Shown here: positions 1-6,998 of the stretch, in pieces
Layout: the number at the start of each line of letters is the position of its first letter
Position numbering within the stretch: the first letter of the stretch is position 1
Virus record (IMG/VR): IMGVR_UViG_3300028374_000006
From: a virus
Taxonomy: Duplodnaviria; Heunggongvirae; Uroviricota; Caudoviricetes
Direction: 5' to 3' (one strand)
Length of the DNA stretch: 11,096 nucleotides
Program-made: the position numbers and the translations under genes
Notes under the pieces: generated by a model
Database searches by the model: none
What the model was told of the DNA's origin: nothing
The model's input: only the letters and a program-made list of their open reading frames with translations

Positions 1-2
1 AT

Positions 3-1487
3 GGGCGGGTCATAAGCGAGGGCACGGAGATCGGCCCAGATCACGAAGCTATCGCCCGCGTCCAAATCGCGACGACCATCGAGAAGCACATGCGCAAGGC
101 TCATCGGCTTCGACGCCGAGGCATCAAGGTGCTCTCGCTGTTCTTTATTGATGAAGTCGCCAGCTACGTCGGGGACGACGGCTATATTCGCCGCTGCTTC
201 ATAGAAGAGTACGACAAGCTGCGCCAGTCCGATCGCGCATGGTCCAAGCATTATGCGGACGTGGCTGCCGGAGACGTCCAGGGCAGCTACTTCTCCGAGT
301 ATAAAGCCGAATGGGCAATGGAGGGCGATGAGGACGCGTACGAGCTGATCATGAAGAACAAAGAGCAACTCCTGTCCTTCGATGAGCCGACCGAGTTTAT
401 TTTTTCGCACTCGGCGCTTCGCGAAGGATGGGACAACCCGAATGTCTTCCAGATCTGCACCCTCAACCGCACGATCTCGACGATGCGCAAGCGCCAAGAA
501 ATTGGCCGGGGGATGCGTCTCGCCGTCGACCAATCCGGCGAGCGAATCTTCGACGATCAGGTCAACCTGCTCACCGTCGTGGCCAACCAGAGCTATGCCG
601 AGTACGTCGCTCAGCTCCAACGAGAGTACATAGACGATGTCGGCCATGACCAAGAGCCGCCCACACCCAAGGATGCCCGTAAGCGCAAGACCGTGCGCCT
701 GAAGAAGGGCTTTGAACTCGACGCCGACTTCAAGGAGTTGTGGGCGGACATTGCGCGGCGGACGCGCTACCGCGTCAACTTCGACGAGAAGCGACTAAAT
801 GCCGAGGCTGCCGCCTTTGTCGGCGAAATCGAGATCCAACCGATCAAGATCCGCACGACTCGCGTGGCGATTGACACGATCGAAGATGGTGGTCATCTAG
901 TCGAGCGGCGTCTGGGCGATACGGCCCAGTCCGTCAGCCGAGAGCGCCCTCCGGTGCCAAATCTAGCCAAAGAGATCGCCGAGAAGACCATGCTTACCCG
1001 GCGCACAGTCCGTCGAGTCCTCACCGAGGCGGGCAATCTCGACCACGCTACGCGTAACCCTGCTGAGTACATCGACCGCGCCTCTGCCGCCATCAACAGA
1101 GCCAAGCGCCGTCTACTGGTCGAGGGTGTGCGCTATGTCGAACTGGAGGGCATCTACGAGATGTCGTTGTTCCAGGACATCGAGAGCTACGAGGACAATC
1201 TCGTGCCGATCGAAAAGTCCATCTATGATCACGTCGTCTATGTGTCGGGCGTTGAGCGCGATTTTGCAGAGGCGCTGGAGGCGATGGATGAGGTCCAGCT
1301 CTTCATCAAGTTGCCCGCCTGGTTCACGGTCACGACGCCGGTCGGCGAGTACAATCCCGACTGGGCTGTCCTGTTCCAGGTGCAGGATGCTTTCGGCGAG
1401 GTTCAGGATCGCCTCGCCCTTGTCCGCGAGACAAAGGGTACGATCGAATTCGACCAGCTTCGAGAGTCAGAGCAGTTGAAGATCTAA
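3..1487 (+). CDS. res: Type III restriction-modification restriction (Res) subunit, C-terminal part (5'-partial; reading frame open from the window start)
   Basis: The frame of ORF 90..1487 is open back to nt 3 (GRVISEGTEIGPDHEAIARVQIATTIEKH-MRK). It contains GIKVLSLFFIDEVASY, FSHSALREGWDNPNVFQICTL (helicase motif V region), QEIGRGMRL (motif VI) and a C-terminal YNPDWAV...ETKG PD-(D/E)XK nuclease motif. Confidence 0.93.
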   Translation, partial: GRVISEGTEIGPDHEAIARVQIATTIEKHMRKAHRLRRRGIKVLSLFFIDEVASYVGDDGYIRRCFIEEYDKLRQSDRAWSKHYADVAAGDVQGSYFSEYKAEWAMEGDEDAYELIMKNKEQLLSFDEPTEFIFSHSALREGWDNPNVFQICTLNRTISTMRKRQEIGRGMRLAVDQSGERIFDDQVNLLTVVANQSYAEYVAQLQREYIDDVGHDQEPPTPKDARKRKTVRLKKGFELDADFKELWADIARRTRYRVNFDEKRLNAEAAAFVGEIEIQPIKIRTTRVAIDTIEDGGHLVERRLGDTAQSVSRERPPVPNLAKEIAEKTMLTRRTVRRVLTEAGNLDHATRNPAEYIDRASAAINRAKRRLLVEGVRYVELEGIYEMSLFQDIESYEDNLVPIEKSIYDHVVYVSGVERDFAEALEAMDEVQLFIKLPAWFTVTTPVGEYNPDWAVLFQVQDAFGEVQDRLALVRETKGTIEFDQLRESEQLKI

Positions 1488-1623
1488 TGTGCGCAGCGGC
1501 ACTTCGAATTGGTGGAAGAAGTAGGCTGACCTGTCACGTCGGCACTCACCAAAGGTTGGATTTTGCGTCGTGACGGTTGTTGCGTGTGGGCCGAGGGGCT
1601 GGACGGGTCTCGGAATAAGTGAT

Positions 1624-1941
1624 ATGGTTTTTTTAGATATCAATTTCGATCAGGGCGTAATTTACGAGCGCCTTTACGAAAAAGACGGGTCCAGACCGGA
1701 CCGCTTTCGTTTGATTCATATCAACGAAGTGGCGGCGTTCGAGTCCAAAATCAAAGAAATGGAGCCGGAGCCGGATTACGAAATGTCTTATGAACTGATT
1801 TTCCATTTGAAAAGCGGGCATACCATTACGTTCGATGTGCGTGGTGCTGTCAAAAATTACGAAGATTTCTGTACGCAGATTCAACGGGCTGTGTTCGGTT
1901 TAGGTGCGGAAAGTAAACCCAATTTGCGACCAGTGAAATGA
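1624..1941 (+). CDS. Hypothetical protein (105 aa), beta-rich with C-terminal helix
   Basis: ORF track 1570..1941. ATG 1624 is preferred over GTG 1570 because it follows GGA at 1612-1614. Protein-like composition. Confidence 0.7.
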   Translation: MVFLDINFDQGVIYERLYEKDGSRPDRFRLIHINEVAAFESKIKEMEPEPDYEMSYELIFHLKSGHTITFDVRGAVKNYEDFCTQIQRAVFGLGAESKPNLRPVK

Positions 1942-1963
1942 AACCTTCGCATAAGGAACTTGC

Positions 1964-2254
1964 ATGAGTGACGAAAAACCCAATGCCCTAGCCCTCGACG
2001 GTTTGGAAAATGTCGCATGTGCTATGTATTTCACGGCGCATTACCACGCATCACACAGGCTTATGGCCCGTGATCTTCACGAAAAACACCCGGACGAGTG
2101 GTCTACTTTCGAAGAGGCGCTGGAGCATGTCGAAAGGGGTATGGCTCAAGAGAACGTAGATCGCGAAGAATCCGAAAAGCGGAGACGCACAGCACACATG
2201 CGGCTTTGCATGATGGGCGGATTTGGTGATCTTTCCGAAAAGGATATCCCATGA
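1964..2254 (+). CDS. Hypothetical protein (96 aa)
   Basis: AAGGA Shine-Dalgarno before ATG 1964; the stop overlaps the next start (ATGA at 2251-2254). Confidence 0.8.
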   Translation: MSDEKPNALALDGLENVACAMYFTAHYHASHRLMARDLHEKHPDEWSTFEEALEHVERGMAQENVDREESEKRRRTAHMRLCMMGGFGDLSEKDIP

Positions 2255-2721
2255 GCAAGAAAAAGGTCGTGACGGTTACGCAAGCGGAATTCCACGAGAA
2301 CCCTCGTAAGGTGTTGGCGGACGCCGGTGATGCGGATGTGTGTATCGTCGACGAAGATGGCAACAGAAAGGCTTACATGGGCACTGTGAGCACGACCCGT
2401 TGGGATTTCACGCCGTTCACACGGGAAGAGTACGACCGGCTGGTCAACGAATTGCAAAACGACCCTAGTGTTCGGCGTTCTTCTTATGCCCAAAAGGCGA
2501 TGGAGCATCCGGCCTATCGCGATATGGTAGACGCCGGGGAAACCGCATTGCCGTTCATTTTCGAAGGTCTGGAAAACGATACGGTGTTTCACCTGTGGTC
2601 TTTCCCGGCCATCCAAGCTATCCTTGGTGAAGGCCCGGAGGTCCCCGATGAGGACCGAGGCAAGATCGAGAAGATGCGTAAGATTTACGTTCAGTGGGGC
2701 AAGGATATGGGGTATTTGTAA
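2251..2721 (+). CDS. Two-domain protein: Phd/YefM antitoxin-like N-terminus plus helical C-terminal domain of unknown function
   Basis: N-terminus TVTQAEFHENPRKVLADAGDADVCIVDEDGNRKAYM resembles the Phd pattern T-x-S/T-x-x-EF-x-x-N...V-x-I-x-x-x-G-x-x-x-A. C-terminus carries SS...HPAY..MVDAGETALPFIF..L...G..P....RGKIEKM...QWG. AAGGA SD; overlaps both neighbours. Confidence 0.6.
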   Translation: MSKKKVVTVTQAEFHENPRKVLADAGDADVCIVDEDGNRKAYMGTVSTTRWDFTPFTREEYDRLVNELQNDPSVRRSSYAQKAMEHPAYRDMVDAGETALPFIFEGLENDTVFHLWSFPAIQAILGEGPEVPDEDRGKIEKMRKIYVQWGKDMGYL

Positions 2722-2921
2722 TGCCAAAGCGTGTGAAACCAAAAAGTTTTGATGGCTGGAGCATGTCGATATTTCAGCTATTCGGTTCTGGGCCGAAATT
2801 TACGATTACCTGTGGCAACTGTTCGGCCACCTTTCAGGAACGGGTGCCGATGGTCCACAAGCCGGGGATACCTTGCCCGAACTGCAGAGCCGTGAATGTG
2901 TTACCCGTAACGGTTGAATGA
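2721..2921 (+). CDS. Small zinc-ribbon protein (66 aa)
   Basis: TAATG overlap with the upstream gene; CGNC...CPNC motifs. Confidence 0.75.
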   Translation: MPKRVKPKSFDGWSMSIFQLFGSGPKFTITCGNCSATFQERVPMVHKPGIPCPNCRAVNVLPVTVE

Positions 2922-2928
2922 TAAGCCC

Positions 2929-2957
2929 TTGACACGTCCGATACGTAGTGATAGGAA
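2929..2957 (+). promoter_or_regulatory. Putative sigma70-type promoter upstream of tRNA-Ile/pyrB
   Basis: TTGACA 2929-2934, 17-bp spacer containing TG at 2949-2950, and a weak -10 TAGGAA 2952-2957 that lacks the -7 T. Confidence 0.5.
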
Positions 2958-3009
2958 TAGAGGGGTGGGGCCATTGGTTCCATCTTTAACGGACCGTAAG
3001 GGTTCGTGA

Positions 3010-3082
3010 AGGCCCGTAACTCAATTGGAAGAGTAACACCCCGATAAGGTGTAAGTTGTCGGTTCGAGTCCGACCGGGCCTA
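3010..3082 (+). tRNA. tRNA-Ile(GAT), CCA not encoded, non-canonical C33
   Basis: Acceptor AGGCCCG/CGGGCCT, D-stem ACTC/GAGT, anticodon stem ACACC/GGTGT with loop CCGATAA, T-arm GTCGG-TTCGAGT-CCGAC, discriminator A3082. Confidence 0.93.
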
Positions 3083-3114
3083 CTTTACATTTCCAACCAG
3101 ATCTCGTACCATCC

Positions 3115-3153
3115 GTCTCCGTAGCATTTCCCCAATGTACGGAGGCTTCTTTT
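3115..3153 (+). promoter_or_regulatory. Hairpin sequestering the pyrB Shine-Dalgarno, followed by a U-rich tract
   Basis: GTCTCCGTA-g-CATT-[TCCCC]-AATG-TACGGAGGC gives 13 bp (one G.U, one bulge) and contains GGAGG 3141-3145. TTCTTTT follows, then ATG 3154. Confidence 0.65.
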
Positions 3154-4116
3154 ATGTGGGACCACTTCCTTTCAGCCGAACAAATCGACCGCAAACGTCT
3201 GTGTTTACTCTTTGATAAAGTGCAGACAATGCGCATTCACCAACCTTACTTACAAGGTCGTGTTGTCGCGTGCCTTTTTTACGAGCCTTCCACCCGGACG
3301 GCCCGATCATTTGAAACAGCGGTAAAGCGCACTGGCGGCAATGTCCTGATGGTCAGTGATCTGGAATCGACGTCGGTTGCCAAGGGCGAATCTTTTGCGG
3401 ATACGATTCGTACTTTCAATCAGTACGCCGACGCAATCGTGATTCGTCACCCACGTCAAGGGGCTGCCCTTGAAGCGGCCAATGTTTCTACAGTGCCCGT
3501 GGTAAATGCGGGCGATGGGGCTAACGAGCATCCCACACAGGCACTTCTCGATGCGTACACGATAGCTGAACACCACGAACGTCTGGATGGGCTTAGAATC
3601 ACTGTGGTGGGTGATCTTAAATACGGTCGTACCGTACATTCGTTGTCGCTCCTCCTGTCCAAGTTTAATGTGGAGTTTAAGTACGTCCGCCCGGAAACGT
3701 TGAAAATGCCGTCCGGCTATCCCGAGGGCGAAACTCATACGCATCTGACGCCAGAGGTGTTGGCTGAAACCGATGTGCTTTACATGACTCGTATCCAGCG
3801 GGAACGCTTTGCTTTACGTGGTGATCCCCACCCGGAAATCTTGGTGAAGGGTTGCCACCTCACACCGGAGTTGGTGAAGCATTTGCCCGAAGAGTCTTGC
3901 ATCCTTCACCCTTTCCCACGGGTGGAGGAATTGGACCTGGCGATAGATGAGGACCCCAGAGCCTTGTATTTCAAACAGATGGCAAACGGGGTACCTATGC
4001 GTGCGGCCTTGATTAATACCCTCATACACCACGGCCAGACCCGTTCGCTTGTGGGGCATGGTTCGAAATGGTCGACTGAAGACCCGTGGGGCATCAAGGG
4101 TACGGATTCATTTTGA
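3154..4116 (+). CDS. pyrB: Aspartate carbamoyltransferase catalytic subunit
   Basis: FYEPSTRT, KGES, IVIRH, NAGDG..EHPTQALLD, GDLKYGRTVHSL, YMTRIQRER and HPFPR motifs; GGAGG SD. Confidence 0.97.
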   Translation: MWDHFLSAEQIDRKRLCLLFDKVQTMRIHQPYLQGRVVACLFYEPSTRTARSFETAVKRTGGNVLMVSDLESTSVAKGESFADTIRTFNQYADAIVIRHPRQGAALEAANVSTVPVVNAGDGANEHPTQALLDAYTIAEHHERLDGLRITVVGDLKYGRTVHSLSLLLSKFNVEFKYVRPETLKMPSGYPEGETHTHLTPEVLAETDVLYMTRIQRERFALRGDPHPEILVKGCHLTPELVKHLPEESCILHPFPRVEELDLAIDEDPRALYFKQMANGVPMRAALINTLIHHGQTRSLVGHGSKWSTEDPWGIKGTDSF

Positions 4117-4141
4117 CGGCTTACATTACGTGTGGTATAAG
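4113..4141 (+). promoter_or_regulatory. Sigma70-type promoter with extended -10
   Basis: TTGACG 4113-4118, 17-bp spacer, TG 4133-4134, TATAAG 4136-4141. The -35 overlaps the pyrB TGA. Confidence 0.8.
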
Positions 4142-4150
4142 GGCTAGGTA

Positions 4151-4186
4151 TTGATACGAAACCCTTTTGTAATGGAGGTTTAGGGA
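4151..4186 (+). promoter_or_regulatory. Conserved leader element with SD-sequestering hairpin (copy 1)
   Basis: TTGATACGA-AA-CCCT-TT-TGTAAT-GGAGGTT-TAGGGA; similar to 7091-7126. Confidence 0.45.
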
Positions 4187-4725
4187 TGGATTCATCCAAA
4201 GTCGCACTTGTGGTAGTGCTATCTGTCTTGGCTCTGTTGGGCCTTGGCTTCTTTTCGTACATCGGCACCACGAACAGTGAGGTCCGGTTGCGCAACCAAG
4301 TGGAAGCCCAGCAGCAAGTGCTGGAAAGCCACCACGACAAGATGTGGAAGATCCTGCAGCAGAAGGCTGGGGTAGCTTCCGAGTACAAAGACACCTTCGC
4401 CGAGGTTTACCCGGACCTTATTTCCGGGCGATACGACGGTGAAGGCGGCGCTAAGATGGTGCTGGCCAAGATGGTCAAAGAGGATAACCCGGATTTCGAT
4501 ACGTCTCTGTACAAAGAGCTATCACGGGCTATCGAAGCACACCGTACTTCTTTCCACCACGAACAGACCAAGCTGTTAGACCTTCACCGGGAGCATAAGG
4601 ATCTCCTACAGACGTTCCCCGGCAACACCATGTTGGCAGGTCGTGAACCAGTGGACATTACCATCATCACAAGTTCGCGGTCTAAGCAAGCAATCGAAAC
4701 CGGTGTCGGGAAAGGCACAGCGTAA
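4186..4725 (+). CDS. LemA-like membrane-anchored coiled-coil protein (last few residues possibly altered by a deletion)
   Basis: N-terminal TM helix, then N.EVRLRNQVEAQQQVLESHHDKMWKILQQKA..., E.NP.FD.SLYK.L...IE..R..F...Q..L.D. This pattern is typical of phage LemA-like proteins (recognised from memory). GGAGG SD. Confidence 0.7.
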   Translation: MDSSKVALVVVLSVLALLGLGFFSYIGTTNSEVRLRNQVEAQQQVLESHHDKMWKILQQKAGVASEYKDTFAEVYPDLISGRYDGEGGAKMVLAKMVKEDNPDFDTSLYKELSRAIEAHRTSFHHEQTKLLDLHREHKDLLQTFPGNTMLAGREPVDITIITSSRSKQAIETGVGKGTA

Positions 4726-5227
4726 ATTCCAGCTAATCAACGGGTACATGGGCCGGTCGAAGCAACTCCGGGTCTGGGTTTTGTTGTTCAAAAACCAACC
4801 CCGAGACGCGGGGCATTTGCAAGAGGCGCTGTGGATTGGTGCGAACAAAAACGAATTCGTCATTACAATCGGCGTGGATAGCCAGTACAATGTGGAATGG
4901 TCGCATGTCTTTTCGTGGACGGAAACCGAGCGCCTTAAAATCGACACGAGGTATTATGTCGAGGAACAAGAGGAGCTAGACCTTGTGGCATTAGCGGATT
5001 GGCTCAAGCCCCGGTTGCGCAAGCAATGGGAACGCCGTGAGTTTGCTGAGTTCGATTACCTCAAGGTGGAGCCGCCTACATGGGCTGTGGTCCTGATTTT
5101 CTTTTTGACGATCTTAGCGAACGTCGCCGTGTCCGCATACGTGGTAATGAACCAGTACTCAGAGTCCTACCGGTATGGTAGCGATGATTATTCACCGTGG
5201 AAAAGTAAACCTTGGGAGCGATGGTAA
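4709..5227 (+). pseudogene. 5'-truncated C-terminal part of a larger phage membrane protein
   Basis: The frame of ORF 4643..5227 encodes NG.MG..KQ..V.VL.FKNQP..AG..QE..W.G.NKNEFV..IG...W..VFSWT...W.R.EF..F.YL..EP plus a C-terminal TM helix. It overlaps the LemA-like 3' end and has no convincing start or SD. Confidence 0.55.
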
Positions 5228-5604
5228 TGAGTGACATTCAAGAAAAGCGCAAACTTCGTGGGCAAGAAGTTTCGGAATCCGCCGCCCGCATGATGAAGTC
5301 TTTTGTCGTGCTGGAGCAGAGCATCGAAACCGACCTCAAAGACCTGTTGGGTTCGGACATTACGCACGTGGCCGTCGAGATAGGTCTGGATACCGGGATG
5401 TACGCTAGCGTCTATGTGATATACGTGGCGGAAGATGAGCGTGAAAGGACCATCAACGCCTGTGACCGGGACGTAGAGGAATTGCTTACCCAATACGGGC
5501 TAGGCAACCGCCGTTCCATTTTTGAAAAGCGCACAAGCACGCTCTGGCGGTTCTATCATAAGAACGCGGACACCGACCGAGGACTACATCGTTATGGCGG
5601 GTAA
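5227..5604 (+). CDS. Hypothetical protein (125 aa)
   Basis: TAATG overlap at 5225-5229; GGGAG SD at 5214-5218. Confidence 0.75.
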   Translation: MSDIQEKRKLRGQEVSESAARMMKSFVVLEQSIETDLKDLLGSDITHVAVEIGLDTGMYASVYVIYVAEDERERTINACDRDVEELLTQYGLGNRRSIFEKRTSTLWRFYHKNADTDRGLHRYGG

Positions 5605-6106
5605 CGTAGCAGCCTATCCGGGGTCCTTCGATCCCTTTACGCTGGGGCACATGGATATCCTTCAGCGGGCGTCCAAGCTCTTTGAAACGGTGTATGTGGT
5701 GGTGGCGCACAATGCCAACAAAAGCCACCTTTTCAGCGGGGACCAGCGTCTTGAAATCGTTGAAAGGTCGGTAACACACCTCCGGGACCATTACCGAATG
5801 CCCGAAGAGGCGGACATTCGCGTTCGTTTGCACACTGGAATCACTTCCGATTTTTTGGATGAGCACAACGTGGATGTTGTGATCCGGGGCATTCGAAACG
5901 CTACCGATCTCGACCATGAAATCAAGCTGGAACAGTATCTTCGGCGCACGTCCACTGCGGAAACGGTTTACTTGACGCCGAGGACCCGGAACCTCAATAC
6001 TAGCTCGACGCTGGTACGGATGTTTTTGCAAACGGGGAAGTTCGAGGAAGCCGGGCGATACATGTCGACCGAGGCCCAGAAATACATCGTCGATACCCTA
6101 ACTTAA
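5594..6106 (+). CDS. coaD: Phosphopantetheine adenylyltransferase (170 aa)
   Basis: YPGSFDPFTLGH (TxGH nucleotidyltransferase motif), N..K..LFS..QRL, VIRGIR...D...E, SSTLVR. ATG 5594 follows GAGGA 5579-5583. Confidence 0.93.
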   Translation: MAGNVAAYPGSFDPFTLGHMDILQRASKLFETVYVVVAHNANKSHLFSGDQRLEIVERSVTHLRDHYRMPEEADIRVRLHTGITSDFLDEHNVDVVIRGIRNATDLDHEIKLEQYLRRTSTAETVYLTPRTRNLNTSSTLVRMFLQTGKFEEAGRYMSTEAQKYIVDTLT

Positions 6107-6127
6107 CAGTACGGGGTGGATATCTAA

Positions 6128-6958
6128 ATGATTTCATTACCTACCAGATTTCAGCCTTCTGTATCGTTTGGGGGCGCTGAGATACAGCGCACCGAAGATG
6201 GGCGTTGGCGCACGGAGTTCGAACATCGCGGCTCCAAGATGGAGTTGTTCGCCGATTCCATGTTCGCCCTGCGGGATACTTTGTTGGAGTTGAAAAAGAC
6301 GCAAACCCCGCTGGAAGAGTGCCTCGAAAAGATGGACGACTGGTCATACCTACGCCTTTACGAGGTCTATACGACAAGGCCAACCGAAGGTCCGTGGCAC
6401 CAGCGAAAAGACGAATGGCTTTTGCTTAACGGCTTGGTGTTTTACGGCGTCAAGCATGAAAAATGGGAAAGCACTTGGCCCGCGTCTAACCCGGAACGTT
6501 ACCCGCTTTCGCTTACGGAAAAGGGGAGCGAAGTATGCTCCAAACTGTTTTTCGAACCGAAACAAGATCTCGATTATAAAGAGAAACAAGCACTCCATGC
6601 AGACCTCCGGGGCCGCATGGTCGAAAGCATCTATTCCGCCCCTGTGGGTTACGAGAGGCCCTCTGACGTGTTTGTGGCTTTGCATTGGGGGCACAAGGTG
6701 CTCGCAATATCTGAGAGCCGTGACGGCGCTTTCAAGGCGCTTTTGCGGGACACCAAATGTGGGGAATGTGAAAACACCACGATGCGCCTTATCAAAGTTA
6801 AAAAAGATTACCGTATCCCGCCGATGGAAAAGATTCGGGTGTCGGATTATTGGGTCAAGTATTGCACAGAGCTTTTGTGGGAGAAAAAATGGGGTACTAT
6901 AGTCAACGAAGAAGGCCCGGAAGATTTGGTAGCGGTAGCGGGTAGAATTACTACTTGA
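6128..6958 (+). CDS. Hypothetical protein (276 aa)
   Basis: Long ORF filling the gap between coaD and the next promoter; purine-rich GGGGTGG upstream; no family recognised. Confidence 0.8.
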   Translation: MISLPTRFQPSVSFGGAEIQRTEDGRWRTEFEHRGSKMELFADSMFALRDTLLELKKTQTPLEECLEKMDDWSYLRLYEVYTTRPTEGPWHQRKDEWLLLNGLVFYGVKHEKWESTWPASNPERYPLSLTEKGSEVCSKLFFEPKQDLDYKEKQALHADLRGRMVESIYSAPVGYERPSDVFVALHWGHKVLAISESRDGAFKALLRDTKCGECENTTMRLIKVKKDYRIPPMEKIRVSDYWVKYCTELLWEKKWGTIVNEEGPEDLVAVAGRITT

Positions 6959-6983
6959 CGGGAATGCTTTTAGTACGTATGAT
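6955..6983 (+). promoter_or_regulatory. Sigma70-type promoter upstream of tRNA-Arg
   Basis: TTGACG 6955-6960, 17-bp spacer, TATGAT 6978-6983. The -35 overlaps the upstream TGA stop. Confidence 0.82.
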
Positions 6984-6998
6984 GTTTAGAACATATAC

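Noticed and set aside
1533-1574. Imperfect inverted repeat GTCACGTCGGCA / TGCGTCGTGAC at the composition junction
   Set aside because: Only about 10 paired bases, with a mismatch and a bulge and no U-tract; too weak to call an att site or terminator.
1944-1956. CCTT-cgcat-AAGG mini-hairpin over the SD of ORF 1964
   Set aside because: A 4-bp stem is expected by chance, so it was not counted among the SD-sequestering hairpins.
3021-3236. Minus-strand 71-aa ORF containing VGPVGLEPTTY
   Set aside because: This is the typical translation of a tRNA antisense strand (T-arm), not a protein.
5594-6106. NMN adenylyltransferase (NadD/NadM) as in phage NAD+ reconstitution pathways
   Set aside because: YPGSFDP-TxGH, IRGIR...D..E and overall length fit PPAT/CoaD better; no Nampt or related partner is in the window.
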